Shown here: piece after piece, positions 1 to 7,914 of the stretch | Layout of the letters: every line of letters begins with the position of its first letter | Position numbering within the stretch: the stretch's first letter is position 1 | Assembly (NCBI GenBank): GCA_002308955.1 | Contig: DBWJ01000046.1 | Span: 1 to 49,312, forward strand | Length of the DNA: 49,312 bases | DNA from: Lachnoclostridium sp. UBA1241 | Lineage (GTDB): Bacteria > Bacillota > Clostridia > Lachnospirales > Lachnospiraceae | Direction of reading: 5' to 3' | The notes under the pieces: model-generated | Database searches by the model: none | What the model saw: the letters and a program-made list of their open reading frames with translations, nothing else | What the model was told of the DNA's origin: nothing | Made by a program: the position numbers and the translations under genes

Positions 1-90
1 TGGTTTATTAATCTCATAATCTTTTAACATCTGTCTCAACTCCTCTTATTTTCTAATCTTACTATGCTTTTCTGTCAGTCTTCATGCGCC

Positions 91-486
91 CTATTGCGGC
101 ATCCCGAAGAAAACAAAGTATACGATCATCGAGATCAGATCGATCAGCACAAGCGCTCCCAGCACTATGCCTGCAATCTTTAGCCCTTTCTTTGCTTTTT
201 TCTTATTATTTTCCGTTAACACATGCTCTTTAATATCACTGTACAAATCGGATTTTACTTTTTGTTCCGAAGCCTCGTCATTTTTTACGGCTTTATCAAG
301 CACAAGTTCATCCAGCGAGATGTCAAAAAGCTCACTGATCGCAACAAGCTTTTCCATGTCCGGCGTGGATTCTCCGACCTCCCATTTGGAAACCGTCTGG
401 CGGGAGACGTTCAAACGATTTGCGAGTTCTTCCTGCGAAAGTCCCTTTTGCTTACGAAGTTCATACAGTTTATTATTGAATTCCAT
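91..486 (-). CDS. XRE-family helix-turn-helix regulator with a C-terminal transmembrane anchor
   Basis: ORF 91..528(-). HTH_3-like stretch: LYELRKQKGLSQEELANRLNVSRQTVSKWEVGESTPDMEKLVAISELFDISLDEL. C-terminal hydrophobic helix: IAGIVLGALVLIDLISMIVYFVFF. Start placed at ATG 486 (MEFNN), where the HTH begins. Confidence 0.8.
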   Translation of the reverse strand: MEFNNKLYELRKQKGLSQEELANRLNVSRQTVSKWEVGESTPDMEKLVAISELFDISLDELVLDKAVKNDEASEQKVKSDLYSDIKEHVLTENNKKKAKKGLKIAGIVLGALVLIDLISMIVYFVFFGMPQ

Positions 487-1405
487 TATTATCGTTCCTG
501 CCTTTCCATTTATAAAGAATAACGCCAATCGTGATTATGGTTATAACCGTCGTCGCTATTCCTGCCTCAAATCCATATTTTGACCCGTTGAAAATGTTAA
601 GCCTGTTGATCCTGATCAGAAACACTCCATCCATCTTTGCATCATTTCCCGATACCGTAAGTCCCAGGATTATGTTCAAAACATAATTCCACGCTGCATG
701 GAGCCCGCAGGAAATCCATATGTTCCCACGCCATAAAACAATTACGGAAAACAGAACAGAAATGAGATATAGATTTACGATGCCGATCAATGCATATAAA
801 AGTCCCGAATCCAGAATAGGAGTCATGATCAGGTGCGGAACAACAAATGCCGTCGAGCTGATGAATACAGCCATCGGAAGAGATATCTTCTTTTTCAGGG
901 TATTCATCAAAAAGCCCCTGCAAAGAATCTCTTCCTCAGAGCCCTGAATGATGAAGGCCAACCCCCATAACAGCAATCCTTTCATGCTCACGTCCCGGTT
1001 TATTCCCAAAAAGGAAACGGAACCTGTTACTAAGCAGATGGCCACAACAAGTACAAGCATTGCCACGGCAATCAGGGCTCCAAGCAGAGAATCCGTCCCC
1101 CGCTTCGTAAGTCCGACATCCTGCATGCTGCGCTTCTCGATAAGTCTGCAATACAGTAACGCTATTATAGTAAACAGAATATATCCGTAATAAGGAATCA
1201 GGCCGGCAATCTGCCCCTCAGGCATTACTCCATGAAGCGGATCATAACCCATTCCCGTATATAATCCGATTACAACAGCCTCTCCTAAAACTCCTGCCAC
1301 GAAGAATATCAGGACAAATGCGAGAACTTTTTTAATTACATACTCCGTTCCCGACATTTCCGTTCTGTTATTAAAGGGCAACAAATTGATAACATGTGTT
1401 TTCAT
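473..1405 (-). CDS. CPBP family intramembrane glutamic endopeptidase (Abi / CAAX-protease-like)
   Basis: Polytopic membrane ORF carrying the three CPBP motifs: EEILCR (EExxxR), FVVPH (FxxxH) and HAAWN (HxxxN). Start at ATG 1405 (MKTHV) follows AAGGAGG. The 3' end overlaps the XRE gene start by 14 nt. Confidence 0.8.
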   Translation of the reverse strand: MKTHVINLLPFNNRTEMSGTEYVIKKVLAFVLIFFVAGVLGEAVVIGLYTGMGYDPLHGVMPEGQIAGLIPYYGYILFTIIALLYCRLIEKRSMQDVGLTKRGTDSLLGALIAVAMLVLVVAICLVTGSVSFLGINRDVSMKGLLLWGLAFIIQGSEEEILCRGFLMNTLKKKISLPMAVFISSTAFVVPHLIMTPILDSGLLYALIGIVNLYLISVLFSVIVLWRGNIWISCGLHAAWNYVLNIILGLTVSGNDAKMDGVFLIRINRLNIFNGSKYGFEAGIATTVITIITIGVILYKWKGRNDNNGIQ

Positions 1406-1530
1406 TGATGGTTCCTCCTTAGGATTGTTTTTATGTATCAATCATAAAGGAGGCCCGTAAAAAGCTCTACCAACCATGCCCGGCAATCTGTCAACGCCCG
1501 CTGACAATTATGTTAAAAACCGTTGCAATG

Positions 1531-2526
1531 CTAGCAGAACGCAAGATAATGCTTCGTACTGATCTCTATAACATTTGTCGCAATGTTATAACGGAATACA
1601 TCGCGGCAGAAAAGATTTCTGATCTGCGGTGAGTGCCTGGTTGTATTAAATGCGTCTGACGCCAGGTGAAGCATTCTCTTTACAGCTTTCTTATCATTCT
1701 CTGCCGCGAAGAAAACAAGGTCCTTCGCCGGTATCGCAATGACGATGTTGCTTCCGTTCTGATTGGCGATAGAACTCCAGAGGCCGGGGAGGAGTATCGA
1801 CTCCGCCTCAAAATCCCCGCCGCAGGCAATCGCATAAACATCAGGCATGTTCGTCTGACAGATTCGGTATTGAACGTCACGGATCAGATTCTCAAATGCT
1901 GCTTTCTGAACCATCTCGGGTGTCACATCATCCGGGATATTCGTTGTCCGAAGATAGCCGAGCACGTTCCCGAGATCCTCAACATAGCAAAGAATAAAGC
2001 TGTCATAGATACGGGTCGCCAACATATCGGGCAAAATGTCCTGCCCTCCGTTCAGTTCCGGCGGGAGAATGGTGGCATCCCTGTCCGGCTTTTTGGCCCA
2101 GTTCTTACGGATGCGCGGGTAAACCTTCGCAAGGTTAAACACATAATCATCGCAGAAGCCGTCATCGTATTGATACCCCTCCGGCAAATGCCAATCCGTC
2201 TCGAAGTACTCCGAGCTATGCCCCCATGCGATTACGCAGACATCCTTCAGCTGTTCTTTGACACGTTCCAGAAAATCAATTCCGTACCGACTGATGGAAA
2301 ACCGCAAAGCAACGAAGATTGTCAGGGAATATCCCTCATATTGCTTCCCCCACTCACCCTCGTACGCATCCAGATAGGCGTTAATCTTGTTTTGAAGGGT
2401 CGTCGCGTGCTGAACACGCACCGCGCAATTCCATTCCAGGTCATCGATGATCTGCATTTCCAGATACTTCTGCTCCGCATTCGCGACATACGAATCAATC
2501 ATGTTAAGATCAGTAACTGTTGACAT
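1531..2526 (-). CDS. Hypothetical protein; C-terminal half resembles the DUF1444/YtpQ family
   Basis: ORF 1531..2535(-). ATG at 2526 lies 9 nt after AAGGAG, whereas the GTG at 2535 abuts the RBS. The C-terminal segment YAIACGGDFEAESILLPGLW...IVIAIPAKDLVFF looks DUF1444-like. It is co-directional and tightly packed with the SUFU and SMI1 genes. Confidence 0.55.
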   Translation of the reverse strand: MSTVTDLNMIDSYVANAEQKYLEMQIIDDLEWNCAVRVQHATTLQNKINAYLDAYEGEWGKQYEGYSLTIFVALRFSISRYGIDFLERVKEQLKDVCVIAWGHSSEYFETDWHLPEGYQYDDGFCDDYVFNLAKVYPRIRKNWAKKPDRDATILPPELNGGQDILPDMLATRIYDSFILCYVEDLGNVLGYLRTTNIPDDVTPEMVQKAAFENLIRDVQYRICQTNMPDVYAIACGGDFEAESILLPGLWSSIANQNGSNIVIAIPAKDLVFFAAENDKKAVKRMLHLASDAFNTTRHSPQIRNLFCRDVFRYNIATNVIEISTKHYLAFC

Positions 2527-2615
2527 ACCACACACTCCTTTTAACTTTTATGTGAAATAAGGCTTATTCCTCCTGAAAACCATCAATGGTGTATTTCTTA
2601 AACACAACAGCCGTA

Positions 2616-3149
2616 TTACCTTCTCACTGCCGCGACATCGATCTCATTTTCCTCAAGATAAGTTTCAAATGCGTCGCTCCCGTGCTGTTTGAAGAACTCG
2701 GCCTCTTCCTTCGTCACGAAAAAACACATGTATATCTCACATCCCTTATCGACAACGGAGAACTCCTCCGGCAGTCCCGATACATCCGTAAAATACAATG
2801 CAGTTTTGCCGCATGAATCCGAGAAGCCGGGCACGATGTTATCGACGCCTTCGATCAGGATGCCGCGACCGAACTCCATCTTCTCCGCCACAATATGGCA
2901 TACCGTATTCGCGAGAATCTCAGAACATTCATCATACAAATCATCCACCGGCAGAACCACTTCACACAGGCGATGGATTTCTTCGGAAAACTTTGTCATT
3001 CCGAACGTGGCAAATACCATGCAGTCTTTAAAAACATTTGGAAAGCCGAGAATCTGCACGATCCGGTCTCCGAAACGATACTGTTCGGAACCGACGAAGT
3101 CCCCGAGATATTTCGCGTAATGATCAAGAATTTTGTCACCGATACCCAT
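2616..3149 (-). CDS. Suppressor-of-fused (SUFU)-like domain protein, a putative immunity protein
   Basis: ORF 2616..3194(-). SUFU-like layout: ILDHYAKYLG...ILGFPNVFKDCMVFATFGMTKF...CEVVLPVDD. ATG at 3149 has GGGGG 8 nt upstream. The longer start at 3194 has no RBS. Confidence 0.6.
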   Translation of the reverse strand: MGIGDKILDHYAKYLGDFVGSEQYRFGDRIVQILGFPNVFKDCMVFATFGMTKFSEEIHRLCEVVLPVDDLYDECSEILANTVCHIVAEKMEFGRGILIEGVDNIVPGFSDSCGKTALYFTDVSGLPEEFSVVDKGCEIYMCFFVTKEEAEFFKQHGSDAFETYLEENEIDVAAVRR

Positions 3150-3199
3150 AAGCATTTCCCCCTTGCGGTCGTGGCATTTGCCGGAAGTGTCCATCCGGA

Positions 3200-4180
3200 T
3201 TAATCTAAAACTTCTCCGCGTGTCGTCATCTCGCTGTCTGCAAGAACAATCTTGATAAACTCAACCAGGTTCTTCGCGGCAAATGTGACCTGAATCTCCG
3301 CCTCATTATCGATGTTGACAATCCTCGGCTCACCGTTCTCGTCAACCACGCGGTAATCCATATAGTACATATTATGTCCGCCGCCATCGGTCTCTCCGAA
3401 CGGGATTCCGATGTCCGGGTATTCCATATCGTTCTTCCAGTCGTCGAACATTGCCTCCAGGCTGTTTCGCGAATTCGGTTCCGGACCGATTCCGTAGATT
3501 GCCGTCAGCCAGCGCTTGTCGGACTCATCACGGATTTCACCGCCGTTTTGATACTCCAGCAGTTCTCTGTATGCGGGCGAAATCTTATAGCCGATTGCCT
3601 TCTCCGTCCGTTCGATCCACTCTTCCGTAATCTTCGGGAACTCATACTTACTTCGTTTCCCTCCCGGATTGTCAAACAGCAGGGATAAGTCCACTCCGGC
3701 GAACAATCCGGCAGGCTTCTGAATCCTGTCCGAATACATTGCTGCCTGTTCGGGAGTCTCAGGCTTCTCCGGTTCGGGCGCCCTGTACCAGTTATATGCT
3801 TCATCGTTAGCATTTGCGGCGGAAACAACTACATTGTTTTCGAGGACATCCACTAAAACGAACCAATTTGGATGGCTTTTATTTCTTCTGACCCGAAGGC
3901 GGTAATACTCATTTCGCAGAAAGCGAGGTGCGTACGGATATCCGAACAGTTTTTTCCTGCTAAACCAGTATACGGTTCCGACAGCCCCTATCGGATTCCC
4001 CGGATTCTCTATATTCTTCGTGGATAAGCATTGAATTTCCGCTCTCTCTTCCTTACCATATGTCTGAAAGGCGGAGCATCCCTTCTCCCATGCCCAGCGG
4101 ACCTTTACAACAATTTCCTCTGTTCCCTCCGAAAACTCCTGTAAGAATTCCTTCTTGTTCTCTTCTGTTAGTTTTTTCAT
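3200..4180 (-). CDS. SMI1/KNR4 (SUKH superfamily) domain protein with an unknown N-terminal domain
   Basis: C-terminal SUKH-like region: ITEEWIERTEKAIGYKISPAYRELLEYQNGGEI...IPFGETDGGGHNMYYMDY. A GGAGG RBS precedes ATG 4180. Confidence 0.75.
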   Translation of the reverse strand: MKKLTEENKKEFLQEFSEGTEEIVVKVRWAWEKGCSAFQTYGKEERAEIQCLSTKNIENPGNPIGAVGTVYWFSRKKLFGYPYAPRFLRNEYYRLRVRRNKSHPNWFVLVDVLENNVVVSAANANDEAYNWYRAPEPEKPETPEQAAMYSDRIQKPAGLFAGVDLSLLFDNPGGKRSKYEFPKITEEWIERTEKAIGYKISPAYRELLEYQNGGEIRDESDKRWLTAIYGIGPEPNSRNSLEAMFDDWKNDMEYPDIGIPFGETDGGGHNMYYMDYRVVDENGEPRIVNIDNEAEIQVTFAAKNLVEFIKIVLADSEMTTRGEVLD

Positions 4181-4212
4181 TCATCATTTACCTCCGCGAA
4201 AAGATTTAAAAT

Positions 4213-4242
4213 ATTATACCATACTCCTATGGCATTTGTCAC
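4213..4242 (-). promoter_or_regulatory. Candidate sigma-A promoter for the SMI1-SUFU-DUF1444 gene string
   Basis: Minus strand reads GTGACA-18 nt-TGgTATAAT (extended -10), upstream of the 4180 start. Confidence 0.4.
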
Positions 4243-4294
4243 GAAATACCATGTAAAAGCGTATGCTGTTTTAGTGGCGCAATCCGGTTCGGTA

Positions 4295-4303
4295 TGCTAT
4301 AAT
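4295..4303 (+). promoter_or_regulatory. Candidate extended -10 element (TGcTATAAT) for the small membrane protein gene
   Basis: TGCTATAAT lies about 30 nt upstream of ATG 4333. No good -35 was seen. Confidence 0.35.
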
Positions 4304-4332
4304 GTTTTAAATACGATATAGGGGGATGTGGC

Positions 4333-4656
4333 ATGATTATCGGATTTATCTTTTGGAGCATAATCGCGGCAGGACTTACTGTGATCGGAATCATTTCGTG
4401 GAGATCAAAAAAGCCCGTGGGATTCTTCGCGGGCGTTAAGCCTCCGGAAGTTACGGACACGGTAAAGTACAACCACGCCGTCGGGACAATCTGGTTCGTC
4501 TATGCGGCAGTCTTTGAACTGTGCGGTGTGCCGTTACTGTTTCTGAAGCGGAATTCCGCAGGGTTTGCCTTTATAATGCTCGGCGTCGTCGCCGCCTCCA
4601 TCGGGCTGGCGGTAGCATATACCGTTATTCAAACGAAATATGAAAAAAAGCCGTGA
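4333..4656 (+). CDS. Small three-helix membrane protein (DUF3784/SdpI-like appearance)
   Basis: 107 aa with three hydrophobic segments. GGGGGA RBS lies 6 nt upstream. Family assignment is tentative. Confidence 0.6.
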   Translation: MIIGFIFWSIIAAGLTVIGIISWRSKKPVGFFAGVKPPEVTDTVKYNHAVGTIWFVYAAVFELCGVPLLFLKRNSAGFAFIMLGVVAASIGLAVAYTVIQTKYEKKP

Positions 4657-4670
4657 CTCATGTCACGGCT
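4642..4670 (-). terminator. Rho-independent terminator for the flavoprotein gene
   Basis: Minus strand reads AGCCGUGAC-AUGA-GUCACGGCU followed by UUUUUUU. The hairpin overlaps the stop codon of the convergent + strand gene. Confidence 0.6.
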
Positions 4671-4677
4671 TTAGTAT

Positions 4678-5358
4678 TCAGCCTCCGTTCACATTCCGGA
4701 TGTATTCCTCCGCGGAAATCATCGGTTTTTCAAGTTCCGCTACGGTTTCGGCAGAAAGTGTCATCGTCGAAGCGTATTCCTCTCCGGCCTTTTCGAACTT
4801 CCTTAGAAGCGGGTCTGCAACCACTGCTGCCAAAGGAACGTTGAGAAGCGGCGTTTCGGGAACGCATACCATGTCGGGGTTGCAGAAACAGGTCTTGCAC
4901 TGAAGCTTTACGGCATCAAAATTACCTTCCCAGTGCGGGAATCCGCATCCGCAGATCACAAGTGTATGAATCCGTGAGAAATCAGCCAGCGCCTCATGCC
5001 GCACGGTTCCGTCCGAAAGCTGTTCCATCCGCATCTTTACAAGAGGAATGGTGCGGTCCAGCACCGCCTTCAGATGCGACGGCATGCCGTAACAATAAAG
5101 CGGGAAGCTCCAGATAATCAGATCCGAATCCCGGTATAAATCAAGAATCTCATTCTGGTCATCCTCAATCAGGCAGTGTCCATTCATCTGCTGCCAGCAA
5201 CCGAAACAGCCCCTGCAGGGCGCAATCTTCTTATCAATCACGTCGACAACGTGAACCTCATGCTCTCCATTACGGTTCAGTCCCTTAAGAAATGCGTCCG
5301 TCAGGCGGAAGGTGTCGCTTTTCTTCTTCGGACTTCCGTTCAGTACCAGTACTTTCAT
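4678..5358 (-). CDS. Iron-sulfur flavoprotein-like flavodoxin / NADPH-dependent FMN reductase family protein
   Basis: MKVLVLNGSPKKKS N-terminus. Compact Cys motif CRGCFGCWQQMNGHC (Cx2Cx2Cx7C), typical of Isf-type proteins. AGGAG lies 9 nt before ATG 5358. Confidence 0.75.
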   Translation of the reverse strand: MKVLVLNGSPKKKSDTFRLTDAFLKGLNRNGEHEVHVVDVIDKKIAPCRGCFGCWQQMNGHCLIEDDQNEILDLYRDSDLIIWSFPLYCYGMPSHLKAVLDRTIPLVKMRMEQLSDGTVRHEALADFSRIHTLVICGCGFPHWEGNFDAVKLQCKTCFCNPDMVCVPETPLLNVPLAAVVADPLLRKFEKAGEEYASTMTLSAETVAELEKPMISAEEYIRNVNGG

Positions 5359-5372
5359 GTGTGCATTCTCCT

Positions 5373-6308
5373 TTAAATTCCCAGTTTGCAATAAATCTTC
5401 TCAATGAACGGCGATTTGTACGCGATGTAGCCGTCGATATCGAAAGGATACCGCTTCGCGCCCTCTTCCTTCACCCGGCTGTATTCCGCCACCGCATCGG
5501 GATTTGCGCGCAGGTAATCGCGAAATGTGACATGCCGCTTCAGCTCGGACGAGTCCTTCGTACATACATACAGATGGTGCTTCCGAAGGTGTTCCTTGCC
5601 GTCGTAGGAGAACGCCTCCCGCCCCGGAATCTCTTTATTGCCTTCATGGGTATACCCGATCTTTCCGAGCGCCTCGATCACCGAAGGCAGCACCGCTTCC
5701 CCTTCGATTACCACATCAATGTCGATGATCGGCTTGGCGGAAAGTCCCGGAACGGATGTGCTTCCGACATGTTCAATCGAAATCGCAAGATCTCCGAGCG
5801 CGTCCTCGAGTTCTCCTTTAATCGCCTGAAAATCCTCTGCCCACGCGCTGTCATAAGGGCACACTTCCACGCGTTTATAGCCCCTCGGTGAAGTTTTAAG
5901 GACCTCCTCTATCCGCTTAAAGTCCGCCCGTTCCTCCGCGGGGTTATAGGTATAATTGTCCGGAACATCGTCGAACAAGGCGACGCGCTCCATCTCGCTC
6001 TCGGGAAGTTCTCCGAGCGCATGCGCATAGGCAAGAAACGCGCGTCCGTTATTCTTTCCGACGCCGTCGTCCCACAGCTGCTCATAGTCCCAAAGAGGAA
6101 TCATGTAGCAGTCCCGAATTCCGGTTTCCTCGAAAAGCTCCCGGAAAGCCGCTTCAAGCGCGGTCTCACCCGGCTCCACATGCCCGCCGGGATGCTCAAA
6201 ACTCTGTCTCCTCTTATGAAAGCTGTATACCCACTTGTCTGCATAACGGCCAAATATGACGACAAATTCGATATTCTCCAGTTCTCCCGCCCTATAATAG
6301 GTTTTCAT
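5373..6308 (-). CDS. NUDIX hydrolase fused to a GrpB (UPF0157) domain
   Basis: Nudix box GGHVEPGETALEAAFRELFEETG. C-terminal GrpB-like region AISIEHVGSTSVPGLSAKPIIDIDVV. ATG 6308 follows GGAGGG; the alternative TTG at 6353 has no RBS. Confidence 0.75.
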   Translation of the reverse strand: MKTYYRAGELENIEFVVIFGRYADKWVYSFHKRRQSFEHPGGHVEPGETALEAAFRELFEETGIRDCYMIPLWDYEQLWDDGVGKNNGRAFLAYAHALGELPESEMERVALFDDVPDNYTYNPAEERADFKRIEEVLKTSPRGYKRVEVCPYDSAWAEDFQAIKGELEDALGDLAISIEHVGSTSVPGLSAKPIIDIDVVIEGEAVLPSVIEALGKIGYTHEGNKEIPGREAFSYDGKEHLRKHHLYVCTKDSSELKRHVTFRDYLRANPDAVAEYSRVKEEGAKRYPFDIDGYIAYKSPFIEKIYCKLGI

Positions 6309-6349
6309 CTCGCCCTCCGTTGCTGCGCTTTGCGCCCGGCCGGATTCTT

Positions 6350-7237
6350 TCAATCCGGGTTTTCGGACAGCTTCTTATGCAGCGTATTCATAACATTTTT
6401 CTTGTCCGCGCACCACTGCGGCTCAATCAACAGTTTCTTCGGGCCGTCGCCGGTAATCCGGTGAATTACGGTTTCCTCCGGAAGCAGTCCGAGGGCCTTC
6501 TTAAGAAGCTCCGCATACTCCGTAAGCGTCATGACCGGCCACGGGTTCTTAAGATATTCCTCACCGAGCTTTGTGCCGCGAAGGATCTGCAACAGTTGAA
6601 GCTTTACGCCGTCCGGTGCCGGATTCAGTCCCGCAAGATAACGGACGGAGTTAAGCATATCCGCTTCGCTTTCCCCGGGAAGCCCGAATATTAAGTGCAC
6701 GATTACTGTAATCCCGGCCGCTTTAAGCCTCCGGTACGCATCCTCGAAAACGCTCCGGGGATAGCAGCGGTTGATCCGCTCCGCAGTTGCGTCACAGGCG
6801 GTCTGAAGCCCCAGCTCCACCCACACCGGCTTGATCCGGTTCAGCTCCGAAAGCATCGCGATCACCTCGTCCGAAACACAATCCGGACGGGTTCCGATTG
6901 AAAGAATAACGATATCCTCCCCGGAAATCGTCTCACGGTAGAGTTCGCGGAGCCTTGCGATATCGCCGTATGTATTCGTATAGGACTGAAAGTAGGCAAT
7001 GAAATGAGTGCCCTTCGTTTTCCTGCTTACAAGTTCCTTCGCCTTTTCGATCTGCTCTCTGATCGGTGCCGGAACCGTGGCGAAATCCCCGCTTCCGCCT
7101 TCCGAACAGAACGTGCAGCCGCCTACGCCGACGGTCCCGTCTCGGTTCGGGCAGGTACAGCCGCTGCTTAACGAAAGCCGGTAGATTTTCTCTCCATAAC
7201 GTTCCTTCAAAACGTCGGAAATAAAGCGGTTTCTCAT
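6350..7237 (-). CDS. TIGR01212-family radical SAM protein
   Basis: N-terminal GCTCPNRDGTVGVGGCTFCSEGGSGDF is characteristic of this family. There is a 4-nt ATGA overlap with the upstream NUDIX gene. Confidence 0.8.
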   Translation of the reverse strand: MRNRFISDVLKERYGEKIYRLSLSSGCTCPNRDGTVGVGGCTFCSEGGSGDFATVPAPIREQIEKAKELVSRKTKGTHFIAYFQSYTNTYGDIARLRELYRETISGEDIVILSIGTRPDCVSDEVIAMLSELNRIKPVWVELGLQTACDATAERINRCYPRSVFEDAYRRLKAAGITVIVHLIFGLPGESEADMLNSVRYLAGLNPAPDGVKLQLLQILRGTKLGEEYLKNPWPVMTLTEYAELLKKALGLLPEETVIHRITGDGPKKLLIEPQWCADKKNVMNTLHKKLSENPD

Positions 7238-7722
7238 CCTTCCACCGAAAGCCTTTCCCCGTTAAGAACGACCTCCGTGAGCCGGTCATCGGGCGTATAA
7301 ACAAGCTTTAAGGAAAAGAACGGCGCATCCTCCTTAAGAAGCCGGAAGAACACCTTGTCTCCCTCCCAGATCGGAAGTTCCTCCACGCGGTCCTTGTCAA
7401 TCCAGGTAAGCTCGCCCTCGTCGCACTCCCCGATTTCGCCTTCCCACCGGTCGGCCGTGTAAAGGTGCATGTATTCCGTCACATTTGCCCCATAGACAAA
7501 TGTGACGATTCCCCGCGCCCGGTACCCTTTAAGCGTCACGCCGGTCTCCTCGAAAACCTCGCGGAGCAGGCACTCGTCCGGGCTCTCGCCGAACAGAAAA
7601 TGCCCGCCGACGCCGATGTACTTATCGCGGTTAATGTCTTTCTCCTTCTTGACGCGGTGCAGCATCAGGTACTTTCCGTCCCGCTCAAGGTAACATAAGG
7701 TTGTAAGCTCCGGTACCGGCAT
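7234..7722 (-). CDS. NUDIX hydrolase (MutT / 8-oxo-dGTP diphosphatase-like)
   Basis: Nudix box GVGGHFLFGESPDECLLREVFEETG. ATG 7722 is preferred over TTG 7737. Confidence 0.75.
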   Translation of the reverse strand: MPVPELTTLCYLERDGKYLMLHRVKKEKDINRDKYIGVGGHFLFGESPDECLLREVFEETGVTLKGYRARGIVTFVYGANVTEYMHLYTADRWEGEIGECDEGELTWIDKDRVEELPIWEGDKVFFRLLKEDAPFFSLKLVYTPDDRLTEVVLNGERLSVEG

Positions 7723-7848
7723 GTTTTCACCCCGCAAAATGTGATAGATTCCCGTTCGGAATATAGCATTTTCCGAAGGGACCTGTCAAGGCGTGACGCC
7801 CCGGAGCCCCTGTTTTTCACCGATTTTTCCCGATTCCGTAACCTTTTG

Positions 7849-7877
7849 TTGCATTCTTTCCTTCTTACGGCTATAAT
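7849..7877 (+). promoter_or_regulatory. Candidate sigma-A promoter
   Basis: TTGCAT-17 nt-TATAAT, about 38 nt upstream of ATG 7915. Confidence 0.5.
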
Positions 7878-7914
7878 GCGGATATAATTTAGTAGAAAGG
7901 AGTACCTGTTTTTC

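Noticed and set aside
1-30. Start of a minus-strand gene: ATG at 30 preceded by GAGGAG 9 nt upstream, reading MLKDYEINKP out of the window.
   Set aside because: Only 10 codons are visible. That is too little to support a feature call or any function.
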